Assembly (NCBI GenBank): GCA_001687465.1
Contig: LVLI01000208.1
Coordinates: 1-64,000 of the forward strand
Direction of reading: 5' to 3'
Length of the DNA stretch: 64,000 bases
From: Halocafeteria seosinensis
Lineage: Eukaryota
Positions 38,382 through 51,006 of the stretch are shown here, one piece after another; within the stretch, counting starts at the first letter, position 1; the number at the start of each line of letters is the position of its first letter. The notes under the pieces were generated by a model. It was not told the DNA's origin, ran no database searches, and was given only the letters and a program-made list of their open reading frames with translations. Both the position numbers and the translations under genes were made by a program.

Positions 38382-39003
38382 CTGGTACTAGTTAACGGAC
38401 TCCGTTAAACGGCGCATACACGTACCCTATATGGAACCATCACTGTCTTACTTTATCCTACGAATTTGCTACCTTATGTGAGGCCTTCAGTCTTAAATAC
38501 CAGTAGGACGCTCTGGCTTGCATCCATATGGTATGAGTATACATAATGTCGTTAACCGCATTGAGCCTATCTTCGTGGGGGAAACACTGGTCAACACTCC
38601 TATCGAAAACAGAAAATGAACTTTTGAAGAAAGCAAGTCAAGCTGAATAACTTTTTTCATCGAATCCTTGAACAGCTTGTAATTAGACATTGAAGCGGGT
38701 TTGAGAAATTGAATACAATGCGAACCTGGCGACCTCGAGGTCTGTACCGAGACTGCCGTCAGCGGACTAACTATGCGCTTGTAGGTTTTCCCTATACTTA
38801 CCAAATAACACGGACTGAAGAGTGTGGGTACGTAACTGGGCTGTAGTTCATACGTACTGCAGACAAAGCGACCTCTACTCCAACCCAAACCCTCGGACAA
38901 AACAGTTTGTATGCTACTCGCGCTCAGCAGCTTGCGTACGCAGCTATACAGTGTCCTGCCAGCTAGATCGCATAGCTCCGCAGTGAACAAAGTGAAAGCA
39001 GCC

Positions 39004-40527
39004 TTACTGAGAAAATCCTGTAAGCTGGGTATCGAAGGAATTCCTCACACTCGAACTTGTCATTTCGCTGCTGGCATCCACGTTCCTCCCCATTGTCCAC
39101 GTAAGATCCATATTCGCACGGCTATTCAAGCTCGCCGAAGTTACAGCTGCTGAAGTCGTTGACACCCCGTGGGACGTATCACCCACCTCTTCGATCCCTT
39201 CCACCTCCTCTGAAGAGGAGGAATGTTCAGAATTGGAGCGATGTTTCCCCAGATTTGGGACACTTGTGGGGGTAATCGAAAGTTTGCTGTGCTTCACTAT
39301 ATCCTGTGGGCTTCTAGATGGCCAAAATAGTTGCACTGAAGGAAGCAAGTTGCAAAGTAAGGGTAACATAGCATGGCAGAAGAGCGACCAATCCTTCTTG
39401 CCGTTGCTAACCTCATGTCTGAGTTCCATACCGAGGGCATTTCTTAGGAATCTTGCCAATGCAAGCTCTTGAGAGCGCCTGCTAGTGTTTCTTGTCTCCT
39501 CCCGTAGCACACTAACCTCTTCTGGCAGTTCCTCGATGAATACAGGCTCCGACCTGTTGACGATGCTAATGTTATGATGCTCTGCGAATGTTTCGAGATG
39601 ATAGTGTAGTTTATCCATGAATGCCCTCTCAGTGATATCGTCAATGGATATATCAGCATCAGATGCATCATTATTTTCTCTGCTTGAGGACTCTATTTCT
39701 TGTCGAGAGGAGGATATATTCGTTGTTCTATCAACGCCGCTGAACGGTCTCGTTGTGCTACGCTCCGACACATCAGAAATCTTTCCATGTCTCGAACGCG
39801 ATCGGCCAGTGGTGCTGCGATCCAAGGCAGGTTGCGAGGCACTCTTGTTTGACGTGTTAAGATTAAAATTTTCGTTCCGCTCTGAGGGTTTTACTTTCCT
39901 TGCTCTAATGCGACTTTCCTCTTCTTGTTGTTTATCCGATACAGAGTTCGTATCTCCTTCCGTCGCCGCTCGTTTGGCTTCTCTTGATGGGACAGAGCGA
40001 CTTCCTCCCCTTCTCTTCCTGTCCGATCCTCCTTTCTGCGGCAAGCAGAGCTACGCAAATAATGCTTTTTTTTTTTTCTCACCTAAGACTAAATAGTTCT
40101 TACCCTTGAGCTTCCTGATTTTCTGCGATCTTTGTTAGTTTTTCCAGCAGTGTTCTGAAGCATTGCTTTGAACAGGCTCACATATTCAAAATGGATTGAG
40201 GGGTAGTTTTCCCACTTACATTGCTAGCTTTCTTCTCCTTGTACTTTGTTACAAAATCCAAGAAGTCTTTATTGGATCTGATTCGTTGTCCTTTGGCCCT
40301 CACGTATCTGCTTCGTCAAACGAGCAGGTACACTCGTCAACCACCACATGCTCACGACGCACCAACCGAGCAGTACCATACCTCCGTTCAAGTTTGCTTA
40401 ATTCTCGATCTACAATCACCGGATCTTTATTGGACAAAATCTCTTTCAACTTTGGTCGATCCGGAAAATGACGGGCAATTGTTTGTTGCTCCTCGAGGGT
40501 GAATGATGGACGGCGGTTGGATCCCAT
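39004..40527 (-). CDS. Uncharacterised protein, paralogue A, ~438 aa; exons 40527-40382, 40307-40220, 40154-40104 and 40035-39004
   Basis: GT-AG introns of 74, 65 and 68 nt give an open frame MGSNRRPSFTLEEQQ...LSKLERR/YVRAKG...FLDFVTKYKEKKASN/.../KGGSDRKRRG. It is similar to 41480-42651. It may continue into 38493-39010 by further splicing. Confidence 0.7.
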
Positions 40528-41479
40528 TCCTTCCGGTGCATCAAATTCCAGATTCGTGTCTGCAAGTGGAAGAAACAAGTCAATCCATGTTGGAAAGAAC
40601 AGGGTGTTTTTAGCTGTAACATATCGATGGAAGCAACGGTCATCGCCCTTGTGGATAGGAGAAGCGACTGAAGACCTCCTGCGACCGTGGGAGCAACGGG
40701 ATCTCGACCAAATCCATACACACACACACTTGTTGCATTCTCCCCTCCAATTGTTTGCATACAAACACCCATTGTACCTTTGTTCGGCCACTGTGCAATC
40801 TTGAACAACGCGCAATGAAGCTGTGAGAGCCCGCCAGAGTCAGGAGAACAGGCAGACGCAGTGCACTTATCGTATACAGTATCTTCCCCACACCCAAGGA
40901 AACCAGCACAACCACCAGGAGATGATAAGAAAGCAACTCACATTTACTTGCAATCCCTGGTACGAATATCATCCGACTCTTTACCAAACCAACGTGCCGA
41001 GCGAATCTAATATTCGATGAGAATGAACCAGCAGCTGCGGAACCTGGACCGACAAAGAAGCACCGGAAGAGTCCACGGACTGTCCACCCTCTGTCGGGAA
41101 CTCAGAAACGCAAGTACTCCCAATTGTTTTCTTGTGACAGTTATCCATGACGACGGATACTGGAAAGCGGTTTAAAAGGCAAGGGATTCCTGGCCACTTC
41201 TTACCTGGGAGCCTGGGTAACCGGGAATCTTACCCCACAATCAACCACCCATTCACGGTTGCTGTCGAAGGTTGCTTCAACATCTGCTGGCTAAGCATTT
41301 TGAGTGTGCTCAGTGCAAGGAAGCTGTGAGCCAAGAATCTCAGTCTGCATGTCGGGCATCGGGTAATGCGAGGCGAGTTTTGTTACAGAGTTTTAGGTAA
41401 ATCAAGGGTATGTATGTTAAATTAAGAAGAAGTACCATCATAATATAGGATAGTAGCCGTAAATCAGGGAATAAACACA

Positions 41480-42651
41480 TCAAACAGATGTCACTTCTTC
41501 GATACCATTCTCTTCGTCGAGCCTCGAAGAAGTTGATGAGGCTCCATCACCTAGATCGGTGGAACACGCATTTCGTACTTCGTCCCGTGTAGTAGTGTTA
41601 TTTCTCGCACTACTGGTGGTAGCCGGTCTTGCATAGGAAGCACGGAACTGCTCCGGGAAAAACAGCTGAATGTGAGGATTGATATTGCTTACCAGTGGCA
41701 GTATACCTCGATAGAAATTCGACAAGTAAGCGTGCCCGTCAGGGGGTATCAATGGTATGATTCCCAGTGATTTACGCAAGAAATTCTGTGTTTCCTGTTC
41801 ATATTGACAATTCGTCTGTCGTGTCGACGTATTAAGCTTGTAGGAGTCGGTGAGGAGTTCCTTCAACGAGATTCGCCGATAGCCATGTACACGCACGAAG
41901 AAGACACCACATTCGTTCCCTATCCTCTCAATAGTTTGCTCTAATTTATCAAAAACCATATCAGCTGTGATGACAACGTCGGTGTGTGGGAGTTGTAATC
42001 GTGGTCTGGAAAATGTTTCCCGACCCTTCGTGCTTTTAGTCGAAGAAGAGCCTTTTGCAGCAACCGGATTTTTCGTGCTTTTAGTTTTCTGCTTTACTGC
42101 AAAAGATCTCCGGGATGGCGATGAATGAACTGAGTTCGCTGTAGCGCTCTCTATTGAACGGTCTCCATTGCTGGCTCTGGGCTCGAAGGGACGCTTCCTT
42201 GAAGCCGGTGGAGCCTCAGGTTCCCCCTGCGTTGTCCGAGAGTATGTCGCAAACGTGTTATACATACAAAGAAACAGAGTACAGATATCACCCGTGATAC
42301 TCACTTGGTTTAGGCGTTCCCGCTCATACTGCATTACGAAATCTGTGAACTGGTCCACATTGCTGGGGGCTGAGCCCACGGAACGGCGGTACCTGCAGAG
42401 ACAGGATATCCCGTTCGTGGTAAGATTGCTTTGTCGTTAGGTACACATATGAGCTGCTCGAGATAAAATCCCGCTCCGTATATGTAAGACTCGACTCACC
42501 GTTGTTTTAGCTTGGCCAATTCTAGGGTAATCTCCTTTTCCGTAAATCGGTCGCCAAACAGCCTCATCAGCTCGTCCGGACTATCGGACGCCTTGCATAA
42601 GGCTCTCTGTTCTTCCAGCGTAAATAAAGAACGTTGTGGGTGCCTCGGCAT
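41480..42651 (-). CDS. Uncharacterised protein, paralogue B, ~328 aa; exons 42651-42500, 42392-42305 and 42226-41480
   Basis: MPRHPQRSLFTLEEQRAL...LAKLKQR/YRRSVG...FTDFVMQYERERLNQ/GEPEAPPASRKRP, with GT-AG introns of 107 and 78 nt at the same positions and phases as in paralogue A. Confidence 0.7.
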
Positions 42652-43708
42652 GTCTCTTTCCTTGGGATCTGCATCGTGGAGACAGCATAGACGCTAGTGA
42701 CAAGTAAAAAACACCGAGGATGACACTTCAGCAGTCAGGGCCTCCAGGCACTAATGATATGCACATGCATATGGGTTGCAACCGTTCTCATACAGGTACT
42801 TACAGTTGGAGAAAATAAAGAGGACACTGTACACGAAACCCAGCATGGAAACAAATCAAATACGCAGTGCTGTAGTGGCTGAAGTTGTTGCTGGCTCGGA
42901 ACGAACTAACTTTCGTTATCCAGCACCGAACATCTTTGCAATTTGTTTGGTATTTTGCATACTAAAAACATAAAATGGAATGAAGGATAGTTTGCATACA
43001 GATAGCCACAGCCTCACTCGTACGGAAACCAAAGCCACGTGGCCAGAGTTCGTCTTTTCTGTGTGTGGTCCACACACACATATGTGACAGATGGGGAGTT
43101 GACCGCATCCTCTTAGTGTGTGCTAGTTTTGGGACAGTGAACACTGCTGGAATTGACAGATGGATAATCAAACGAAAGAATGATAAGAGGAACAGTCATA
43201 CGGCCAGCCCAGTGCTGCGAATGCTCAACATGAGAATGCACAGACATGGAACTAGCATTGTACGGTATGGTATTGCCGTCTCATTCAAAGCAGCAGTTTT
43301 GCGCATGGGCATACACTTTTAACCCTTGGAGTACATAGAAGAGCACAACACTCAGCATCAAACAAACATCCACAGTACAACTGCACTTGTATAGTGTACT
43401 ACCACTGGTACTGTGTCTACGTCCTCAGGAGTCCCGAGTGCTGCTAGGACAAGATATGGGCTTGCTTTTGAGGCCAGCGCGGAAACCTTGCCCTCGAACT
43501 CCTCCTCGGAAGTTGATTGACGTGAAGCAAACGTATCACGACTATACTGATGCATGATTACTGTATGATGAAAAGCATCAAGCAAATGCAATGCAACTTG
43601 GACACTGCTTTCGGTCTTAACCTCGAGTCCTCGGTCGAGTGATGTCTTCCTTCTATAGGTCACGACTGCTCAACACATGCTCCATCACATACACTGTATA
43701 CACCACTC

Positions 43709-46700
43709 ATGTCGGTAACTTCCTCATACTTCTCCATCCACGTGGAAGCGGCAATCATTTCGTCTACTTGTCTAACCTCACAGGGAGTGGTCGAATGCGA
43801 GGATTGTAGAGGGGAAATCAGGTCCTGGAAACCCAATACTGTTGATTCGGAAGTAGAGCAAACAATGGGGAGTACCGTGGACCTGACAGAACCGGCGATG
43901 CAAGGCTCTGAAGAGAGCTTGAAGCCTCCTCGGTATAGTGACATTCACAATTCCAATCGCCATCATGCAGTGTTATGGCTTCATTTGGACTCATTCTGTC
44001 TTTCCTCGTCTTCTTCCCTCTTGTATAAAATGGTAGAATCGTGCGAGCATGTGACGGAACTCCTGAAAATGCGCCATTCTGAGGAGGGCAAGAATCAAAA
44101 ACGAGTGGAACTGGGCGACCCAGGCTACGAGTCAAACGGAACGAATCCTGAATTGACGGGAGACGCGCAAACCAAGGAACATAGTGGTAACCAAGAGAGG
44201 GAGGAGTTTGTCCTATTGACAGTGGCACTATATGACAGCACCTCCGCGACGAGCTGTGTAGCCCTTTTTCAGCAACCACTCGAAGCTATTGAGCCTCATC
44301 AGGTATATAAATCGGTACGTAGTTTTGCTTATAATGTCCACTGATGGTTCCATCACTTCGCACGTTTTGATGCCTCACAGATTTTTAACAGTGTCAACTC
44401 CTTAGTGGTGTCTCAAACCCACGATGCAAACACCCAAAGTGACGCACTTGGGTCGTCATTCGGCGTTGCTTTCAAGTTCATTTCGCGGTATTGCTTCGAT
44501 GGGAATGTTTCTATGTGTTTTGCTTGTCACGGTTCGATACCTTCTCCAACCTCCATATCACGGGCGTGTGCCTCGTGGGTTTCGAGATTTTCGGACAACA
44601 ACATAAAGGTGGACCTTCTTGTACCCCCTACTTCTGCTGTCACGATGCTTAATAAATCGTTAGTCTCCTCTCCGACACGTCCCTACAGTGTTGTACAGTT
44701 ATGTCGCAGTCAGAATGGAACGCGGTACTCTACGTTGGTATCCCAGTTTGCCTCTGCTAGCTCAAATCGAAGCATATTTTCCCGAAAACTGTTGTTGGGT
44801 CCCTCAACAGGGGTTGGTTATTGCACCAATCTAGTCCCAGAAAAATTTCCAGCAGATGATTTAGGCTTTATTCAAGACACGGAATCGGTACTGCATTTTT
44901 CGATTAGATGCGGCGGTACGCTGATATATCCTGTATTGCAGACCAATGACGCGGCTGATAACGGAAACCAAACGTCGGATGAAACCAATTCGGACTCAAT
45001 CCACGACTATATAAATGTTGAAATGCACCGCCAAGAACACGTTGAAATGCAAGGAGTGGCTCTCAAGTTCGTCGAAGGCACACTTCAGTCTAAGTGTTGG
45101 GTTGAGCCCTCTATGCGGAATTTATGTACAGTGGAGACCACCGAGACTGAAAACGGGGAAACGTTGATGGTAAATGTAAGGTGGCAAAGAGCTCAGATTT
45201 TTAGCATGGTAATAGTATTGGACAAGTATGCGTCTTCTGTATCAATCTCCTATACCTTACGACTACAAACGGAATGTTTCCCGGTCCCCATGAAGGCATA
45301 TGGGGATGCGCTCTATTCTTTTGACTCGCTATCTACTGAGTTTCAGAAAGAAATCAACCACTTATGGGATGTTCATTCGTCGTTAAGGCTGAGGCTACTG
45401 TCCATCCTTTCTTTGTTGCGGTGCCAGTTTCAGCCTAACGTCACAGCTAAGCGACTCAATAGTTTACCCGCAATTGCTGAAAGGACGTTTCCTTCGAGGA
45501 AAGTGTTGCTGCTGCATGTGACATCATCGTTTGATGGATTGTTTCAAAGGATGTCAACTGTTCGTGATGTGCTCGTTGCGCATGGTGCTAGACCGATCTC
45601 TTCTGGTGATGCGCGTTCACTGGCTGCAAGCTGGCTCCTTACTAAGCCGGACTCGAATGATCCTTCGGCGTTCATTCGTTTGAAGAGCATCAGAGCAGCT
45701 ATAATAGAAATGTGCATTTTCTTCTTACCGGGTTCTGAGTTCGTATCGCAATGGGAGAGCGGTCTTGATCGGAGCCTGGAGCAACGCAATGTTTTCAACC
45801 TTGGAGCCCTCAGATATGAGCAAATCGAATTCCCCACGAAGGGCGAGCAACTACCTGCAACTAACGTTATCAGTTGTTCATACAATTTTACGTACGATGT
45901 TGCAGCTCTTATGAGTCTAAGAAGCATGATAATGGAACGCCATAAACGAATGTTCTTGATTGATATTCGCGTAAATAAGCAACCGTTGTCCAAGGCCACG
46001 TGCTATAGGCTCGTTCCGTGGCTTTTTGGAGAATCTGCTATTGGATTCAACGAAGAAATACCCAACTCCCTTTCGGTTTTCTATATTTCTCCCCAAATCA
46101 ATGATAATGGATCAATATGGCGGGAAAAAATACAGTTGAGGAGAACCAAGACGGGTGTTGCGATAAATGTCGGCATTTGTGTGGAAGACGGTAGACGCCA
46201 ATTTGATTTGGAGCAATGGTTTCAGAAGGAATATCTGGCACGGTTGGACAGGGACATCATATCTACTGCTCTTTCGCTGTCTGCATGCTTGGGTCCTTGG
46301 AGATGCGCTAATGAAGGTGAACAGAGGCACTCTTCCGACAAGCACACCTCGGAATTAGAGGGTGGGACAATTGAGGTACTCGAGACTTTTAATGTTTCAG
46401 TGAGCTCCGCTGGAAAGCAAAACGTCGAATGTTTATTCCTTCCACCTGCCCATCGACGGTTAATCACCGATGGATCGCTAGCAGATAAGAGGATATCGAT
46501 TGAGTATCCGCTCTGCGAGGACCGTCGAGTGACCGTCGAGCTTACACAAGAAAACTTTAGGTACCTCGGTGGCCAGGAAGTCTTCCTATTAGGACAAAGT
46601 ACCTATTCATGGGCGTTAGTTGTAGAAAATGAGCGGACGTCCTTGTTGGCGCATGGTAAAGAGGGTATTGCAAAAACCATATCTCGGAAACAGTCAAAGG

Positions 46701-49700
46701 TAACTCCTCAGCTATCGTTAGGAGCGGCCTTCCAGGAAGGGCAGAAGAAACCTGTGCCTACCACGCCTGATCAATCAGTGCAGTTTTCGCTGTATCACGT
46801 ACTACGTATGTCCCAGTATCAAAATTCTCTGAATCTAGAGAAGTTCAAGTCGGAGAAGTTCCAACCGCTATTTTTGAGCCGTCTGACGGAAAATTGCGTA
46901 AGTATGGCTTGCAGACTGCTTCCATGGGACTTACTTTTCGTTTCGGAAAGTAGTTGCTCTAACAATGGCCCGTATTTCCCTGTAGCATCGTTGACATCGG
47001 CTCTAGACAACTGTATTGTACATCGTCGAGGTATGCTCAGCAGCAGTAATAAGCCTGTGAAAGTTCCGAGTTCAGATATGGATATTCTAAGGGGTCTCCT
47101 GTCCACACGAGTGTTGTGCTTCGTGGTAGACCCCTCACTATATGCAGATTTACTTAGTACGGAGGAGGTGCTGGATGAAGCGCATCCTGTTGTTGTCGCA
47201 GCCGACCTCTTTGGGGAAGAACCACGAGTATGGTACTGGATATGTCCCCTTCGTAGACTGTCTGCTGCCGGTTGCTTGGAGAATTATACTGGACTGGAGA
47301 ACGCTATTGCCCAGCGAGTGGAGTCCTGCATAAAGCAGGCACACTTTTTGTCCATTAACGAAGTCCTGAAACATCTCCCAGATTCTGCAAGTGGTACTGG
47401 TGTGTTGGGTTTTCCTGTTTCTTCCCTGATGGATGCACAAATGAATAATGATGTAAACTTGCTTGAGTGCGATGAACATCATGTTGTTCTCGACGTGTCA
47501 AGCTGCATCCACCTCGCAATCATGCTCACTCGCTCTTGGATCTTATCAAAAATGTTTTCGTTAACCAGCAGCAACGACCAAGACGATGCCGCCAAGGAAT
47601 ATTTTTCCATTCCCTTGTGGAGCATTGGATCCGTGCTGAAGAGGATTTCTGGGTCACTCATGGCTACAATATCGCAATTGCTCGGCATTGAGGATCGTCG
47701 ACTCGAGGACGTGATGATGATGAAGAGTCAAGAATTACCTTCTTCGGTCCAGGGTCAGAGTTGTTCTGATTTTATTCCATGCTATCTTGATGGGATCCGA
47801 CAAGAATCCCCTACACGGCACTCACCACGTAACAGTCGCAAACCTTACCGTTCTCGGTGTAGCTATCTACAAGTATCTGTCTTTTCTGAGGTCCTGGACA
47901 AATCTGTTGTGGTTCGCTCTCATCGATTCGTTTCCGCAGTAGGAAAATTAGTCAACGAGTGGTACCTTTCTGCGCACAAAGGGAGCAATCATTCTCTCTT
48001 TCTGGATTCTCTTGCTAACTGTGACTTTAAAGTGAGGCTATCATCAAAAACGTACTACAACAGACTAAGTACCGTCCGTGAGAAGGAAGACTGGCCTTCT
48101 GCTGGTATAGTGGCGTGGATACGGGGGGTTCGTGCCGCAATGGCAGCGTCTCTCCTTGAGATGGATTCACTCGTGCACAGTCAATATGGAATGCATGATA
48201 GCGAACTCGATCTTGGTACCACCCGGATCGATGCAGCAAGCACAACTAAGCTTGTGTCTGTTTGTGAGCCTTTCTTACTCAGATGCAGTTCGCGAGTTTT
48301 CGACGACGCCCTTTTATCTCACAGGGCATTTTCTCATGAGTGTCATCGTTGGAAAGCCACGCGGAAAGGTGCAAATCCGGATACACTTTTGGGACTAACG
48401 TCTGAGTTCCCATTTTGGGTACTGGATAAATTCAGGACGACAACTGCTTTATGGAACAAAATAATGGTATGTCTAGCTAAGGGCGATTTTTCCGGTGCGG
48501 ATCCGAACATACCCGGTGACAGGAAGCATGTATTCAGGATACGAAAGACTAGTGGCCAGTATAGAAAGGTAACTTGGCTATTGCAAGTTTACTATGATGT
48601 CGAAGAGGGCGCAATGAGCAAGCGAGAGAAGAATGTTGGTGCGGTTTACGTTTGCCTATATTCTGGTGATGGCATGGACAGTCAACCGTCCAAACACTCA
48701 GGATACCACAAGAAGAAAGGCGCTATGAAGGGGGGCTGGTCGGTTGAAGATAGGCCATTTATGAGTGGCTTTCGGGCATTGTCTAGTACAACCCCTAGTA
48801 ATGGTTCTGCGGAGCAGAGGGTCCCGCCAAAGAGGGAAAGCAACTCAGGAGGCTTTATTGCGGAGTTCTCTGAGGCAACCGATGAAATGATGAAAACCTA
48901 CAAGGAATCAATTGGATATATCCGCGCCAAAATAATAGTCCTTTCTCCGAGGGAAAGTCCTAAAGTAAAAGACGAAATTGAAGCACCTCTACAGGCCATT
49001 CTCTCTGAAGCTTCAGCTTTAGTTTATGCTGCTTCACACAAAGCGAATCAAATAGTATTGATGGAAGATTTGCACAGTAAGCGGGTGGCGGAAACGCTGT
49101 TAGTTCCTCCTTCCGACCAGGACGCAGAATACGATTATTACTACAAAGCTATGATAAGGTTTTTGGCGAATCGCGCCAGTCAATTGAGCAATACAAGGAA
49201 GACGAAACGGAGCACTCGTCACAAACTTTCAATCGATGGACCTAGTCTCGTCGGCTATTTCTCAGCTCCTCGTCAAGCCGTGGTGGCGCTCCCCATTCAT
49301 CCTCAGATCTCAAAGACGAATCTTTTCGGGGCACTGGCTACCTCTGTGTTGTCTCCTTTCGCTATTGCTAATCGCAGCGATACGTTTGTGTACGAGGACT
49401 CACAAGAAACTTCGACCGGGAAATTTACCCACTTTATCAGCCCACCGGTTCACTATATTCGATTGAAGCTCTGTACGCCTTCCAGACTAGTATATGTACT
49501 ATATCATATGGCGTTTTCCAGAGGATCGGGCAACACCCGCGTAAGTATTCCGGATGCTGTTGCTTCTCTTTGCAAGCGGACGCGACAGAATTTCCTATTG
49601 GTGGAATACTATGGTTTGTCGTGCCCTTCCCAAACTACGATCGACGGAATACGTCGAGTCATCGCGCAGCGCCTGCATTCTATGGTTGAGAACTCATTGT

Positions 49701-51001
49701 TTTCGGTATTGGCTCGCAACCCAAAGTTCCGATTGTCACGCTCCCACTTCTACCTAGTCCGACGTTGTCAACTTGCCAACATCGCACATCGGCTGTATCC
49801 CAACACGTCAAATGGCGAAAACGATTTCGATGTGCTTGTTTCTCCGCCGCAAACATCGAAGACGTTTCGGTTACCCCTGGTTGAGACAGCGGAAGAATTG
49901 GAGTCCAACACACCGTACGAAGTATCGTTTGTAGACGTCAAGACGTCCTCGGGTGGGCTAAGCTGGCAGAAAGAGCTTATTGTAGGCTTCTTTGCTCGTC
50001 TTCAAAGAGACTTGAGTGTATGGTTGACGCCAGTGGATCACAATTACTGGGAAGAAGTGCCATCGTTTCCTTATTTTTCGGCGACTCGTGGCTTCATTTC
50101 GGAATCGAGACCGTGTCCTGCTTTCGAAGATTTGGACTTTAATGAAGATGATGTACTGTGGGGTCGGGCATTAGCATTTGGTTATATTTGCCCACCACGA
50201 CAGCAGGCACAGAGTCATTTGGCAAAAGGGAGAATCAATCCATCTCATTTGCAACGACGTTCCAAGCAACTGCAAGCGACTGAAGGGAGTGGCTATTCCT
50301 TGCAAGATCGACGGAGTCAAATTCTCGAAGGAGTAGGCCAAGGGTTTGCTCTTGTTCATGTAACATTAATATCTCAACAGTTCCTACATGAAAAGACTAG
50401 CGAGACTAAACAGCATCGTGCGGAGTATCACTCGAAGAGGTCTCAACAGGAAGGGCGAAACGACCAGCCAGATGCTGCTTTGCGCCGACGTCTCCTTGGT
50501 ACCGATGGATTACCTTTGGTCGATGAAAACGAAGAAGGCGAAATGATACATGTTTTGTCGCAAGCGGAGCGGCTTCTTCTAAGCAGTCGATGGGGAAATA
50601 TGGGTGCACCGTTTGATTCGTCCACAGAGGCGGAGATACTGGCTACAGCTGGCCAAGACAGTGGATCCGTCAAAGCGGAGAAGCCTTCTTCGCAAACCGA
50701 TAGTTCCAAGAGTACACAGGAATCTCAAAACTCTGTAACAGCGTTGGCAAAGTTGCCTATTCCCCGCATTGCTTTGACAGCTTCCACTAAGAAGTCTCTC
50801 CTTGACGAAAACAGACCCATGTTACTCGTTCAAATTTGGCTTCCGCAAAGGTTGCAGTCAAAGTCCTGGCAGCAGGTGAAATCCGAAGAACTGATTCGAC
50901 AGCTGCAGCAAAGCGTTGAGGAGGCTTGGAGGCGCACTGTGGTTCGTTCTATTGAATACATTCGCAGCCTTCACGCGAGAAAGCAAGACGGGGAACAATA
51001 A
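43709..51001 (+). CDS. SZT2: SZT2-like protein (KICSTOR scaffold), at least 2400 aa; intron 44303-44380; 5' end uncertain, possibly further exons from ~42845
   Basis: Recognised SZT2 blocks: NQIVLMEDLHSKRVAETLLV, VLSPFAIANRSDTFVY...VHYIRL, LVEYYGLSCPS...IAQRLHSMVENSLFSVLARNPKFRL and GQGFALVHVTL. A phase-0 intron joins ORF 43709 to ORF 44405. Confidence 0.7.
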
Positions 51002-51006
51002 TCTCT

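Noticed and set aside
41250..41330. RING-like remnant HGCCRRLLQHLLAKHFECAQCK on the + strand
   Set aside because: The ligand set is incomplete and there is no sustained ORF.
42227..42304. MYNTFATYSR similarity to LYKTFAYSR in the ORF at 37507
   Set aside because: This segment is most likely a 78-nt in-frame intron (GTGAGT...GCAG) at the position conserved with paralogue A, so the match is coincidental.
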